From Bacteriovoracia bacterium (GTDB taxonomy: Bacteria; Bdellovibrionota; UBA1018; JBFWNL01): a stretch of DNA of 32,000 nt. Shown here piece after piece: positions 15,595 through 23,459 of the stretch. The stretch is taken from contig JBFWNL010000002.1 in NCBI GenBank assembly GCA_050251055.1, forward strand, positions 223,814-255,813, read 5' to 3'. Under the pieces are notes generated by a model that had not been told where the DNA came from, did not search any database, and was given only the letters and a program-made list of their open reading frames with translations. The position numbers and the translations under genes were made by a program. Each line of letters begins with the position of its first letter. The first letter of the stretch is position 1.

Positions 15595-17652
15595 CTAGAG
15601 ATCGACCTGAAATCCGTTGATCCAGGTTTGCGTGAAAGGTTGACCTGACGAGGCGTTCGATTCCACGGCGCCGATGTCACAAGCACCACCTCCCGGACGA
15701 GAATTACCCCGCTGATCGACCGTAAGCGTGAGGTTTTGACTGATATTCGCCGGATCCATATAAACGCAAGCGGCGCCACCGTTATCGATGGCCATAGACC
15801 CGCTGGCGGGTAAAAAAGTTGCGGTCCAGCCGCCATTGTCGTCCAGCGCGCTTAACGAAGAGGGAGTTGACGTGCGATCGGTTCCCGCACTCAGGCTACA
15901 GTCCGTGGCCGCCGTATCCGATAGATTGTACCCGTTGGAAACGATCAGGCCGGAGCTGGCAACGGCACAGTTCGCCGCGCTGCCCGCGATAATCGTCCCA
16001 CGGACGTAGATACGACCAGTGGCTCCAGTGGCGTAGAGTGTACGCGAACCTGTGGTCAACCCTGCCGCGTTGTTGTTGCCATAAATTGTTGAGTAATCCA
16101 CGTACACCGGCGCACTTGCGGTATAAATGGCTCCGCCATTGTTCTTCGCCGAGTTGGTCGTAAACGTGGAATTACGGACGAAAACGTTGTCGGCGGTAGA
16201 AAAAGCATAGATCGCACCACCTGACCCACCGTTCCCCGTCGCCAAGTTCCCGCTAAAAAGGGAACTATCGATTTCAACTTTCCCTTCGAGCACCACGATC
16301 GCGCCACCGCCTTCACCACCGCCAAGAGTGTTGGCCACCGCGGCGTTGTCCTTAAAAAGAGTTTGGGAGATCTTCACTGTAACCGCCCCGCCGCTAGGAG
16401 CCGTGCCGATCAGCAACGCCCCCGCAGAACCTTGGGCCCGATTGGATTCAAAGACTCCACCGCGAATATTCAGGGTACCGCTGTTAAAGTAAAGGGCGCC
16501 GCCGCGGTAGCCCACGGTCGTACCGCAAGTCAACGTTGCTTCCGTAAACGTACCGCACGCAAAGTTCTGAACGAAATGTACACCATTCAAATCGAGAATC
16601 GAAGTGATTGCGCCGTCCGCCATGATCGCGCCTCCAAAACTCGTAGATTCGTTGTTAGCGGTACCCGATGCGCGCCCTTTGGTCAGCGTCAGGTTCTGAA
16701 GTAATACGGAAATACCCCCGTCAATCTTGAAAACACGAGAATCAAAATCCGCGTCCACCACGCTCGTTGGGCGCTCCCCGGACAACTCCAGAACGCCACC
16801 CATCCCCAGGATGTTCACACTCTTCGAAAGCTGCAGTACGGTGCCTCCGAGTACGATATGGAGATTTTCCGGAATCACGATCATCGTCGGTCCGCCGGCG
16901 ACCGTGTCGTGGGCATTCGCCATCCGCACAGCGGCTCGTAGACTGCAGCCGGCATTTCCCGCAGTCTGGCAGGCCGTGTCCGAGGCACCCGCTAAGTCGT
17001 CCGCTATATCCACCCGCGCCCCGAAATAGACGGCCAGCTTCAACGCCCAGGACTCGTCCCCACTCGAGTTCGATGCTGTGATGGTGTAGGTCTTGCCCGC
17101 CGTGTACTGAGTAGCCGTTCCGGAGACAACACCCGATACGGGATCCAGGCTCAAACCAGACGGTAGCGCCGGATCGACCGAGAAGCTGAGGCCAATGCCC
17201 GTCACTTCGGGCTCCAAGTTGACGCTCTCGCCGATCAGCACAAACATCTCCTCTTCCGGATAGGAAAACCCGGATGGACGCGGCAACACCACCGCCAACG
17301 AGATCGTTTGACGGACCACGGCCCCAAACTCGCTAATCATGGAAATCAGGTAGTTCTGGGCGGCGGCGGCCGAGTGAGGCGTACCGGTAATCATTCCCGT
17401 CGCCGGATCAAAGTGCAGACCCGCGGGAAGCGCCGGAGAAATTTCGATGGAATAGGCTTTGGCCGAAAGGACGGGCAAAACGGAAACCGAGTTCCCGACT
17501 TCGAATACGAAAGTGGAAGCCGGATAAGCGAGCGCCGACGCGGACGCCCGAGTATCTACGTCGTTCACAAGGTTGAGGCTGCACGCCTGCATCATCGCAA
17601 GCGCGATCACGAGAACAATCGGAGGACATGGTCTATCAATCCCAAAGGCCAT
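15595..17652 (-). CDS. Lipoprotein with two putative-Ig (He_PIG-type) domains, a Pmp-like right-handed beta-helix region and a choice-of-anchor-Q-like C-terminus (685 aa)
   Basis: The lipobox is AMMQA|C. Two Ig-type units read ISPALPAGLHFDPATGMITGTP and VDPALPSGLSLDPVSGVVSGTA. GGAI(Y/M/V) turns recur (FGGAIMADG, RGGALYFNSG, GGGAIVVLEG, SGGAIYAFS, NGGAIYTAS). The C-terminal DQRGNSRPGGGACDIGAVE matches the choice-of-anchor Q motif. Confidence 0.85.
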   Translation of the reverse strand: MAFGIDRPCPPIVLVIALAMMQACSLNLVNDVDTRASASALAYPASTFVFEVGNSVSVLPVLSAKAYSIEISPALPAGLHFDPATGMITGTPHSAAAAQNYLISMISEFGAVVRQTISLAVVLPRPSGFSYPEEEMFVLIGESVNLEPEVTGIGLSFSVDPALPSGLSLDPVSGVVSGTATQYTAGKTYTITASNSSGDESWALKLAVYFGARVDIADDLAGASDTACQTAGNAGCSLRAAVRMANAHDTVAGGPTMIVIPENLHIVLGGTVLQLSKSVNILGMGGVLELSGERPTSVVDADFDSRVFKIDGGISVLLQNLTLTKGRASGTANNESTSFGGAIMADGAITSILDLNGVHFVQNFACGTFTEATLTCGTTVGYRGGALYFNSGTLNIRGGVFESNRAQGSAGALLIGTAPSGGAVTVKISQTLFKDNAAVANTLGGGEGGGAIVVLEGKVEIDSSLFSGNLATGNGGSGGAIYAFSTADNVFVRNSTFTTNSAKNNGGAIYTASAPVYVDYSTIYGNNNAAGLTTGSRTLYATGATGRIYVRGTIIAGSAANCAVASSGLIVSNGYNLSDTAATDCSLSAGTDRTSTPSSLSALDDNGGWTATFLPASGSMAIDNGGAACVYMDPANISQNLTLTVDQRGNSRPGGGACDIGAVESNASSGQPFTQTWINGFQVDL

Positions 17653-18014
17653 TGGTTACCCCGCTGACGTCCTACCCAAAAACGAAAACCCCTCAAGCCC
17701 TATGATCTCATTTTTGACTATTTACATCAAGTACAAGAGGGGGTTATAAACCAATTCAATTCATATCTAACCATTTGAAATAAATAGATTTTACCATTAT
17801 CAAGAAAACTTTATGAAATTTTATTAACTATTTGGATTCACTATGATTCTCGGATGTGGGAGTTTTCGAGCACGCATTATTCGATCCCACCCTCCTCCAA
17901 AAACCAAAAAATACGAGCCGATTTGCGCCAAATTTTTCTAGACTGCCCACTCTCCCCACGTAAAAAAAACGCACGAGAATTTAAGAAAGCTTAACCACCC
18001 AGTCACGCACGCGT
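17653..18014. promoter_or_regulatory. Large AT-rich divergent control region
   Basis: This is the longest non-coding gap in the window. Positions 17700-17880 are strikingly AT-rich compared with flanking DNA. TT(G/A)ACTATTT occurs at 17714-17723 and 17824-17833. GATTC-N5-GATTC is at 17835-17849. Confidence 0.4.
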
Positions 18015-18824
18015 GTGCATTTCCTTCGGAAATCCCTGCGGATTTGCGTTTTTGGCGACATCGCCTCGCGACGATGCTATCTTCTTAAAAGATTGACCCA
18101 AACAAATCACCGCATCCTCATAGTCGAAGACAATGCCGAAGTCCGCGAGCTAATCGCGGATGCCCTCCACGACGAGTTCATCGTCGATGTCGCCGAAACC
18201 CTGGGCCATGCGGACGAAAAGCTCAGTCTGCACGCGATCGACTTGATCTTCCTGGATGTGAATTTGCCGGACGGCAACGGATTTCAGTACTGCTCGAAGA
18301 TCCGTAATTCACCGACCACACGGGACATTCCCGTGATCTTTCTCACCGGCAACGTCGAAGTGCACGACAAGGTGCTAGGGTTTTCCATTGGCGCGGACGA
18401 CTACATAACGAAACCCTTCCACTTAGAAGAGCTCCGGATGCGCGCCCGCGCGCGCATCGGCCGCGCCCGAACCAGTGGGCCAACCGAAACTGTTTTGCAG
18501 GTGGGAAATCTCCGGCTCGATACCGAACGGCACCGCGCTGCCCTCAATGCGAACGGCCAAGAACTGACCTTGGATACCACGCCCATCGAATTCAAACTGC
18601 TCTTGCACTTCGCTAGACACGGAAAGAACGTCATTTCACGCGAAAATCTCATCGAATTCATATGGGATAAGAACACTTCCATTACCGAGCGCGCCATCGA
18701 CACGCACCTCAGCAACCTGCGCAAGAAGGTAACCGCCTGGGATCATACGATCCTTTCCGTGCGTGGCGTGGGCTACAAGTTAGCCAGCAAAGCCAGCAGC
18801 TCGGAAAACCAAAATCCTACGTAA
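18015..18824 (+). CDS. OmpR/PhoB-family response regulator (receiver + winged-helix)
   Basis: Receiver residues are present: VEDN, the acceptor Asp in LIFLDVNLPDG, Thr in FLTG and Lys in ITKPF. The C-terminal TPIEFKLLLHFARH...RGVGYKL is a winged helix. The start is uncertain: GTG 18015 (ORF track) or TTG 18093 (MTQTNHRILIVEDN). Confidence 0.9.
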   Translation: MHFLRKSLRICVFGDIASRRCYLLKRLTQTNHRILIVEDNAEVRELIADALHDEFIVDVAETLGHADEKLSLHAIDLIFLDVNLPDGNGFQYCSKIRNSPTTRDIPVIFLTGNVEVHDKVLGFSIGADDYITKPFHLEELRMRARARIGRARTSGPTETVLQVGNLRLDTERHRAALNANGQELTLDTTPIEFKLLLHFARHGKNVISRENLIEFIWDKNTSITERAIDTHLSNLRKKVTAWDHTILSVRGVGYKLASKASSSENQNPT

Positions 18825-18833
18825 TCCTTAGAC

Positions 18834-21800
18834 TCAGGTACGGGTAGTGGAACGCGGTTTCCCACGCGTATCGCTCAGGTCTGGCACCGCGGGCGCGGCC
18901 TGGCTGCCGTTCACGGGCGTAAGGCCCGGTTTGGCGTGCGCATGCGCGCCATTTCCATTGCGCGCGGCTTCCCGTTCGGACTCCGCTAGTTTCTCGGCAT
19001 GCGTTTTTTTCTCGCGGCTGACGATCATATAAAAGCTAGGTACCACGAGCAAAGTCAGGAACGTGGAAACCACCACCCCACCAATCACGGCGAGCGCCAT
19101 GGGCACCCGGGTCTCGGCGCCCGGACCGATGGCTAACGCGGGAGGAATGGCGCCCACGGTGGTCGCAATCGAGGTCATGAGAATGGGACGCAGACGCATG
19201 GGACAAGCGTGAATGAGCGCGTCTCGGATATTCATCCCTTGCTCCCGCATGTGGTTGGTGAAGTCGACGAGCAAAATGGAGTTCTTTTTCACGATCCCCA
19301 TAAGCAGGATGATGCCGATCACGCTGTACATGTTCAAACTATGCCCGCCGGGAAAAAGGGCGATCAGGGCGCCGGAAATACCGAATGGCAACGCCATAAG
19401 CACCGTAACGGGGTGAATGAAGCTATTGAACTGGGATGCGAGCACCATATACGAGATGATCAACCCCATCACGAGGGCCATGACGGCCGCCATGCCCGAC
19501 TCCTTGAACGTCTTCGCGCTACCGCTGACGTTCATTCGGTAGCCCGCCGGCAGCACTTGCTTCGTGATGCGATCGATGGCCTCAAGCGCCGCTGCCTGCG
19601 ACTTTCCGGTCGCCACGTTCGCGAAGATACTAATCGCGCGCTCCCGATCCTTACGGGAAATGGACTGAAGCCCAGGCACCCGCTCGATCTTAATGACCTG
19701 TCCTAGTGGAATGAGCTCGCCGCGGTTGTTGCGGACCATCACCGTGTTTAAGTCCTGAATCTTTTGCTGTTCATCCGGAGCCATCTTCACGCGGATATCG
19801 AAACGATGGCCGCCGCGCGAAAACTTGCCCGCGACCGCGCCACCCATCAGCGCGCTGACCGCTTGGCCCACGTCGGCGACGCTCACGCCGCGTAGGCGCG
19901 CGCGCTCACGGTCGGGTACCACATGATACTCTTCAACGTTCCCGCGATAGTCGGAGTCGATGTCGCTCATCAACCCGGTCTTCTCCATCTCGGCCAGCAC
20001 CTTCTTGGTCGAATCGATCAGCACGTCCCAACGCTCCCCCTGGAGCGCGAACTCGATGGGAAAGCCCCGGCTGCCGGAAAACCCGCCTTGGGACAAATCC
20101 ATGATGAAAGCGGATACGCCTTTAATCTGCTTCAAATCGGTCCGTAATGCCGCCGCGATCTCCTGCTGCGTGCGGGCCCGGCCCAGTTTTTCATCCCTCG
20201 GCCTTTGCTCTTTCGCTTTCAAGGTCACGAAGAGCATGGCCGTATTCACTTCACCGCCCCCGAATCCCCCGATCGCGGCGAAATACCGTTCCGCCTCCGG
20301 GAGCTTCGCGACCATATCCTCAACCTCGCGGGTCTTGCCGTCGGTGAAGTCAAACGAAGAACCTTCGTCCGTCTTCAGTCGCATCAACAACGTCGACATG
20401 TCCTGCGACGGTACGAATTCCTTTTTTAAAAATGGAATAAGCGCCAGGCTTCCCGCGAAAAGCCCCAAAGCGACCAGGACCGTAGTCCATTTACGCGCCA
20501 GCAACGTCGGAAGGATACGCGTATAGATCTGCGCCAGCCGGTGGAAGCCGTCCTCCACGAACTTACCGAGACGAGAAGTTCGTTCGCCGATCTCCAAAAA
20601 TTGGGACGTCCGCATGGGCGTCAGAGTGAGCGCCTCGAGCAAGGAGAGGGCGACCGCGACCGAGATCGTCACCCCAAACTGGTAAAAAAACTTGCCGACG
20701 ATCCCGCTCATAAACGCGATCGGGAGGAAGATGGCGATGATCGCGGCGGTGGCGGCCAAAGCGGCGAACGTGATCTCGCGGGCGCCGTCGGAAGCCGCTT
20801 GCATCTTGCCCTTGCCGTCTTCGCGATGCCGCACGATGTTCTCGAGCACCATGATGGCATCATCGACCACGATACCGATGGCCAGCGAGAGGCCGAGCAA
20901 GGTAAAGGTATTGAGGGTGAAGTTCAAATATTTAAGGACGATGAATGTCCCCAATATCGAGGTCGGAATGGCCAAGATCACGTTCATGGTCGCCGACCAC
21001 GAACCCAGGAATACCCAGCAAACCAGCGCGGTCAAAACGGCCGAGAGCACGAGCGTAAAATTTAGTTCGTGGATAGACTCCTTGATAAATCGGGTAGAAT
21101 CGAAGTTGACCCCCAGCTTAACGTTCGGCGGCAGGGTTTTAGAGATTTCCTGCATGCGGGCCCGCACGTTTTCCGCGACCTGCACCGCGTTCACGCCACG
21201 TTGCTTGCGAATCCCCATCCCGACGGCCGGAGCGCCCATCACGCGCGAACGGCGGCGAACGTCCGCCAGGCCCTCCTCGATGGTTGCCACCTGATCTAGC
21301 GCCATGGGCGTGTAATTAGGCAGGCCACCGCGCTTTTGGATCATGAGCCGGCTGAACTCGTCCGCGGACTCCGCCTCGCCCATCGTGCGAATATTGAATT
21401 CCTTATTAGCCACGTCGATGCGGCCGGCCGGAGGCTCAGCATGCTCCATTTGAATCGTATTAATGACGTCGGAAACGGCGAGCGCATGCTGATTCAGTTT
21501 CTTTTGGGATACCCAAACGCGCAGATTGGGTTCCACGTACCCACCCAAGAAAACGTCCGCCACGCCCGGCACGGTCGCGAAGCGGTCACGCAATCGATCG
21601 CGCACAAACGACATGAGCTGAGGCAGCGGCATATCGGGCGAAGAAACGGCCATCCACATGATCGGCTGGTCCTCGGGATTGGTCTTCATCACGATCGGCG
21701 GATCCACGTCCTTGGGTAGCTCGCGCTGCGCCTGCGTGATCTTCGTTTGAATTTCCTGAACGGCGATATCAATGTTTTTATCGAGATCGAACTCGACAGT

Positions 21801-22073
21801 AATGTTGGCCAGACCGCTACGCGCGGTGGAGGAAACGCCGATGATGCCTTGGATGGACATGAGCGCGCTCTCGATCGGATCGACCACGCTGAGCTCCATC
21901 ACCTCCGGCGCGGCTCCGTTTAGCGTCACCGAAATATTGACCACGGGAAAATCGATGTCGGGAAGCTGTGAAACGCCCATGCGTTGGAATCCGACCCATC
22001 CGAAGAGGATGAGCGAAATCATGAGCATCCAAGCGAATACGGGTTTGCGTATGGACAGGTCGGAAATATTCAC
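18834..22073 (-). CDS. RND efflux transporter permease (AcrB/HAE-type, 1079 aa)
   Basis: GTG 22073 lies 9 nt after GAGGAG. The N-terminus LSIRKPVFAWMLMISLILFGWVGF is typical of AcrB-type pumps. The 12-TM, two-large-loop architecture is evident. A C-terminal tail of about 50 aa is low-complexity. Confidence 0.97.
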   Translation of the reverse strand: MNISDLSIRKPVFAWMLMISLILFGWVGFQRMGVSQLPDIDFPVVNISVTLNGAAPEVMELSVVDPIESALMSIQGIIGVSSTARSGLANITVEFDLDKNIDIAVQEIQTKITQAQRELPKDVDPPIVMKTNPEDQPIMWMAVSSPDMPLPQLMSFVRDRLRDRFATVPGVADVFLGGYVEPNLRVWVSQKKLNQHALAVSDVINTIQMEHAEPPAGRIDVANKEFNIRTMGEAESADEFSRLMIQKRGGLPNYTPMALDQVATIEEGLADVRRRSRVMGAPAVGMGIRKQRGVNAVQVAENVRARMQEISKTLPPNVKLGVNFDSTRFIKESIHELNFTLVLSAVLTALVCWVFLGSWSATMNVILAIPTSILGTFIVLKYLNFTLNTFTLLGLSLAIGIVVDDAIMVLENIVRHREDGKGKMQAASDGAREITFAALAATAAIIAIFLPIAFMSGIVGKFFYQFGVTISVAVALSLLEALTLTPMRTSQFLEIGERTSRLGKFVEDGFHRLAQIYTRILPTLLARKWTTVLVALGLFAGSLALIPFLKKEFVPSQDMSTLLMRLKTDEGSSFDFTDGKTREVEDMVAKLPEAERYFAAIGGFGGGEVNTAMLFVTLKAKEQRPRDEKLGRARTQQEIAAALRTDLKQIKGVSAFIMDLSQGGFSGSRGFPIEFALQGERWDVLIDSTKKVLAEMEKTGLMSDIDSDYRGNVEEYHVVPDRERARLRGVSVADVGQAVSALMGGAVAGKFSRGGHRFDIRVKMAPDEQQKIQDLNTVMVRNNRGELIPLGQVIKIERVPGLQSISRKDRERAISIFANVATGKSQAAALEAIDRITKQVLPAGYRMNVSGSAKTFKESGMAAVMALVMGLIISYMVLASQFNSFIHPVTVLMALPFGISGALIALFPGGHSLNMYSVIGIILLMGIVKKNSILLVDFTNHMREQGMNIRDALIHACPMRLRPILMTSIATTVGAIPPALAIGPGAETRVPMALAVIGGVVVSTFLTLLVVPSFYMIVSREKKTHAEKLAESEREAARNGNGAHAHAKPGLTPVNGSQAAPAVPDLSDTRGKPRSTTRT

Positions 22074-23377
22074 TACTGGGCACTCCTCAGCCCGGCGGAA
22101 GCGGGCACGCTGCCGACGGACGTTTCCAGCGCGATGAAGGCCTGTTTAGCCGTGAACTGCGTCTTGTCGAGGGCGCGCTGGGTATCGACGAAACTGTTCA
22201 GGGCTTGTAACACATCCAGGTTGGTGGTCAAACCCAGGCTATAATCGCGCAGCTGCTCCCGATAGTTCTTTTCGGAAATTTCCAACGCGCTTTTGTAAGC
22301 TTCGATTTGTTTTTGGGTGCTCACCAAGAAGTCGTAGTTAATCAAAATGGTTTCCTGCGCCGTACGACGCAGCCGAGATAGGCCCAGTTCCGCGACCTTA
22401 CGGCGTTCGGCGGCTTCGCGCACTTCCGACTGGATCACCCCGCCTTGAAATAACGGAAAAGTGGCCGACAAACCTACATCCCACTTAGTATCCCGCAGGA
22501 CACCAGTGCGGGCGAGATAGTAGTTGGCGCCGAAATCAATCGAAGGGAGATGAGCTCCCCAGGCAACGCTCACTTCGGCCTCCGATGCCTCGACCCGCTC
22601 TACCTGGGCGCGAACGTCGTAGCGAGATTCCACACGGGAAAAGTAGGCATCCACGGATGGCAGCGGATTCGGCAACTGAACCGAGTCCTGAAGCGAGAAC
22701 TCCCCGGAAACTCCGGTCACCAGCTCAAAATTACGTTTCGCTTGCGCGGCCACGGCCTTGGCGGCCTCCAGCTGCGCCGTCACCGTCGAGCGCTGAACCT
22801 GGGCCGTGAGCGACTCGCCGTTACGTGAGCGACCGATGCGCACGCGCTGGTTGATCTCGGCGACACGTTTTTCCGTCAGCTCCAGGAGGTGGTTCAAGTT
22901 GCGTAAATCCTGCTGCGCGGAAAGGTGGCCATAAAAGGCATCGCCCACCGTTCGATAAAGCTCGACGCGTGTCTGCGACTCCGCGGCGACCTGGGCCGCG
23001 TAGTTGGCGTTCGTTCCCCGCACCGCCGCGAACTCACGTAAACCGCGGAAGATCGGCTGATTCAAGTTGAGACGGGCGTTGTATTGCACGGGGTCCGTGA
23101 AACTCGAAGTGGGTGCGTTCCCGGTATCTTGCCGAGTATAAGTCCCCACCAAATTGATCGTCGGAAAGATCGCGCCCTTGGCCTGGGAGACGAGCTCCTC
23201 CGCCTGACGAGTTGTCGCCTCCGCGATCGGCACCGTTTCCGTTTTTTGAATAGCAGACACGTAAGCCTGCTCCAACCCCAGGACGGGAACGGCCTGCGCA
23301 GGACCTCCGAATAGCCCCAACGCCAAAGCCAGCGACGACACAATGAACGCGTTCTTTCTTTTGCTAGTCACTAGCAA
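22073..23377 (-). CDS. TolC-family outer-membrane efflux protein (434 aa)
   Basis: The signal peptide is MLVTSKRKNAFIVSSLALALGLFGGPAQA. There are two OEP-type repeats with long coiled helices (QPIFRGLREFAAVR..., FPLFQGGVIQSEVREA...). The stop overlaps the RND start by 1 nt (TAGTG). The start is TTG 23377 or GTG 23371. Confidence 0.93.
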   Translation of the reverse strand: MLVTSKRKNAFIVSSLALALGLFGGPAQAVPVLGLEQAYVSAIQKTETVPIAEATTRQAEELVSQAKGAIFPTINLVGTYTRQDTGNAPTSSFTDPVQYNARLNLNQPIFRGLREFAAVRGTNANYAAQVAAESQTRVELYRTVGDAFYGHLSAQQDLRNLNHLLELTEKRVAEINQRVRIGRSRNGESLTAQVQRSTVTAQLEAAKAVAAQAKRNFELVTGVSGEFSLQDSVQLPNPLPSVDAYFSRVESRYDVRAQVERVEASEAEVSVAWGAHLPSIDFGANYYLARTGVLRDTKWDVGLSATFPLFQGGVIQSEVREAAERRKVAELGLSRLRRTAQETILINYDFLVSTQKQIEAYKSALEISEKNYREQLRDYSLGLTTNLDVLQALNSFVDTQRALDKTQFTAKQAFIALETSVGSVPASAGLRSAQ

Positions 23378-23380
23378 AAG
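23358..23380. promoter_or_regulatory. Perfect 23-bp palindrome CTTTTGCTAGT-C-ACTAGCAAAAG spanning the TolC-family start codon
   Basis: All 11 arm positions pair (23358-23368 with 23380-23370) around the single centre base 23369. Both candidate start codons (23377 and 23371) lie inside it. Confidence 0.5.
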
Positions 23381-23414
23381 GCTAACAGGACGCGCCTGGC
23401 CGTCTACTGAATTT

Positions 23415-23438
23415 ATCTTGACGTAGTGGCGTCAAGAT
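23415..23438. terminator. Perfect 9-bp inverted repeat ATCTTGACG-TAGTGG-CGTCAAGAT (terminator of the S8 gene or operator of the efflux operon)
   Basis: It lies in the 82-nt gap between the S8 stop (23460) and the TolC-family start (23377), both on the minus strand. No U-tract follows, and the arms contain a TTGACG hexamer. Confidence 0.35.
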
Positions 23439-23459
23439 CTTGGAATATCAACGAAAAAG

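Noticed and set aside
17653-18014. AT-rich gap as a remnant of a mobile element or island boundary
   Set aside because: There is no integrase, tRNA or flanking direct repeat. The small ORFs in it (15-32 aa) lack an RBS. I treat it as a regulatory region instead.
19209-21719. Several long plus-strand ORFs (165-200 aa) inside the RND gene interval
   Set aside because: They are antisense to a gene with unmistakable AcrB-type sequence. The products are Arg/His/Gly-rich with no motifs, which is typical of shadow ORFs in GC-rich DNA.
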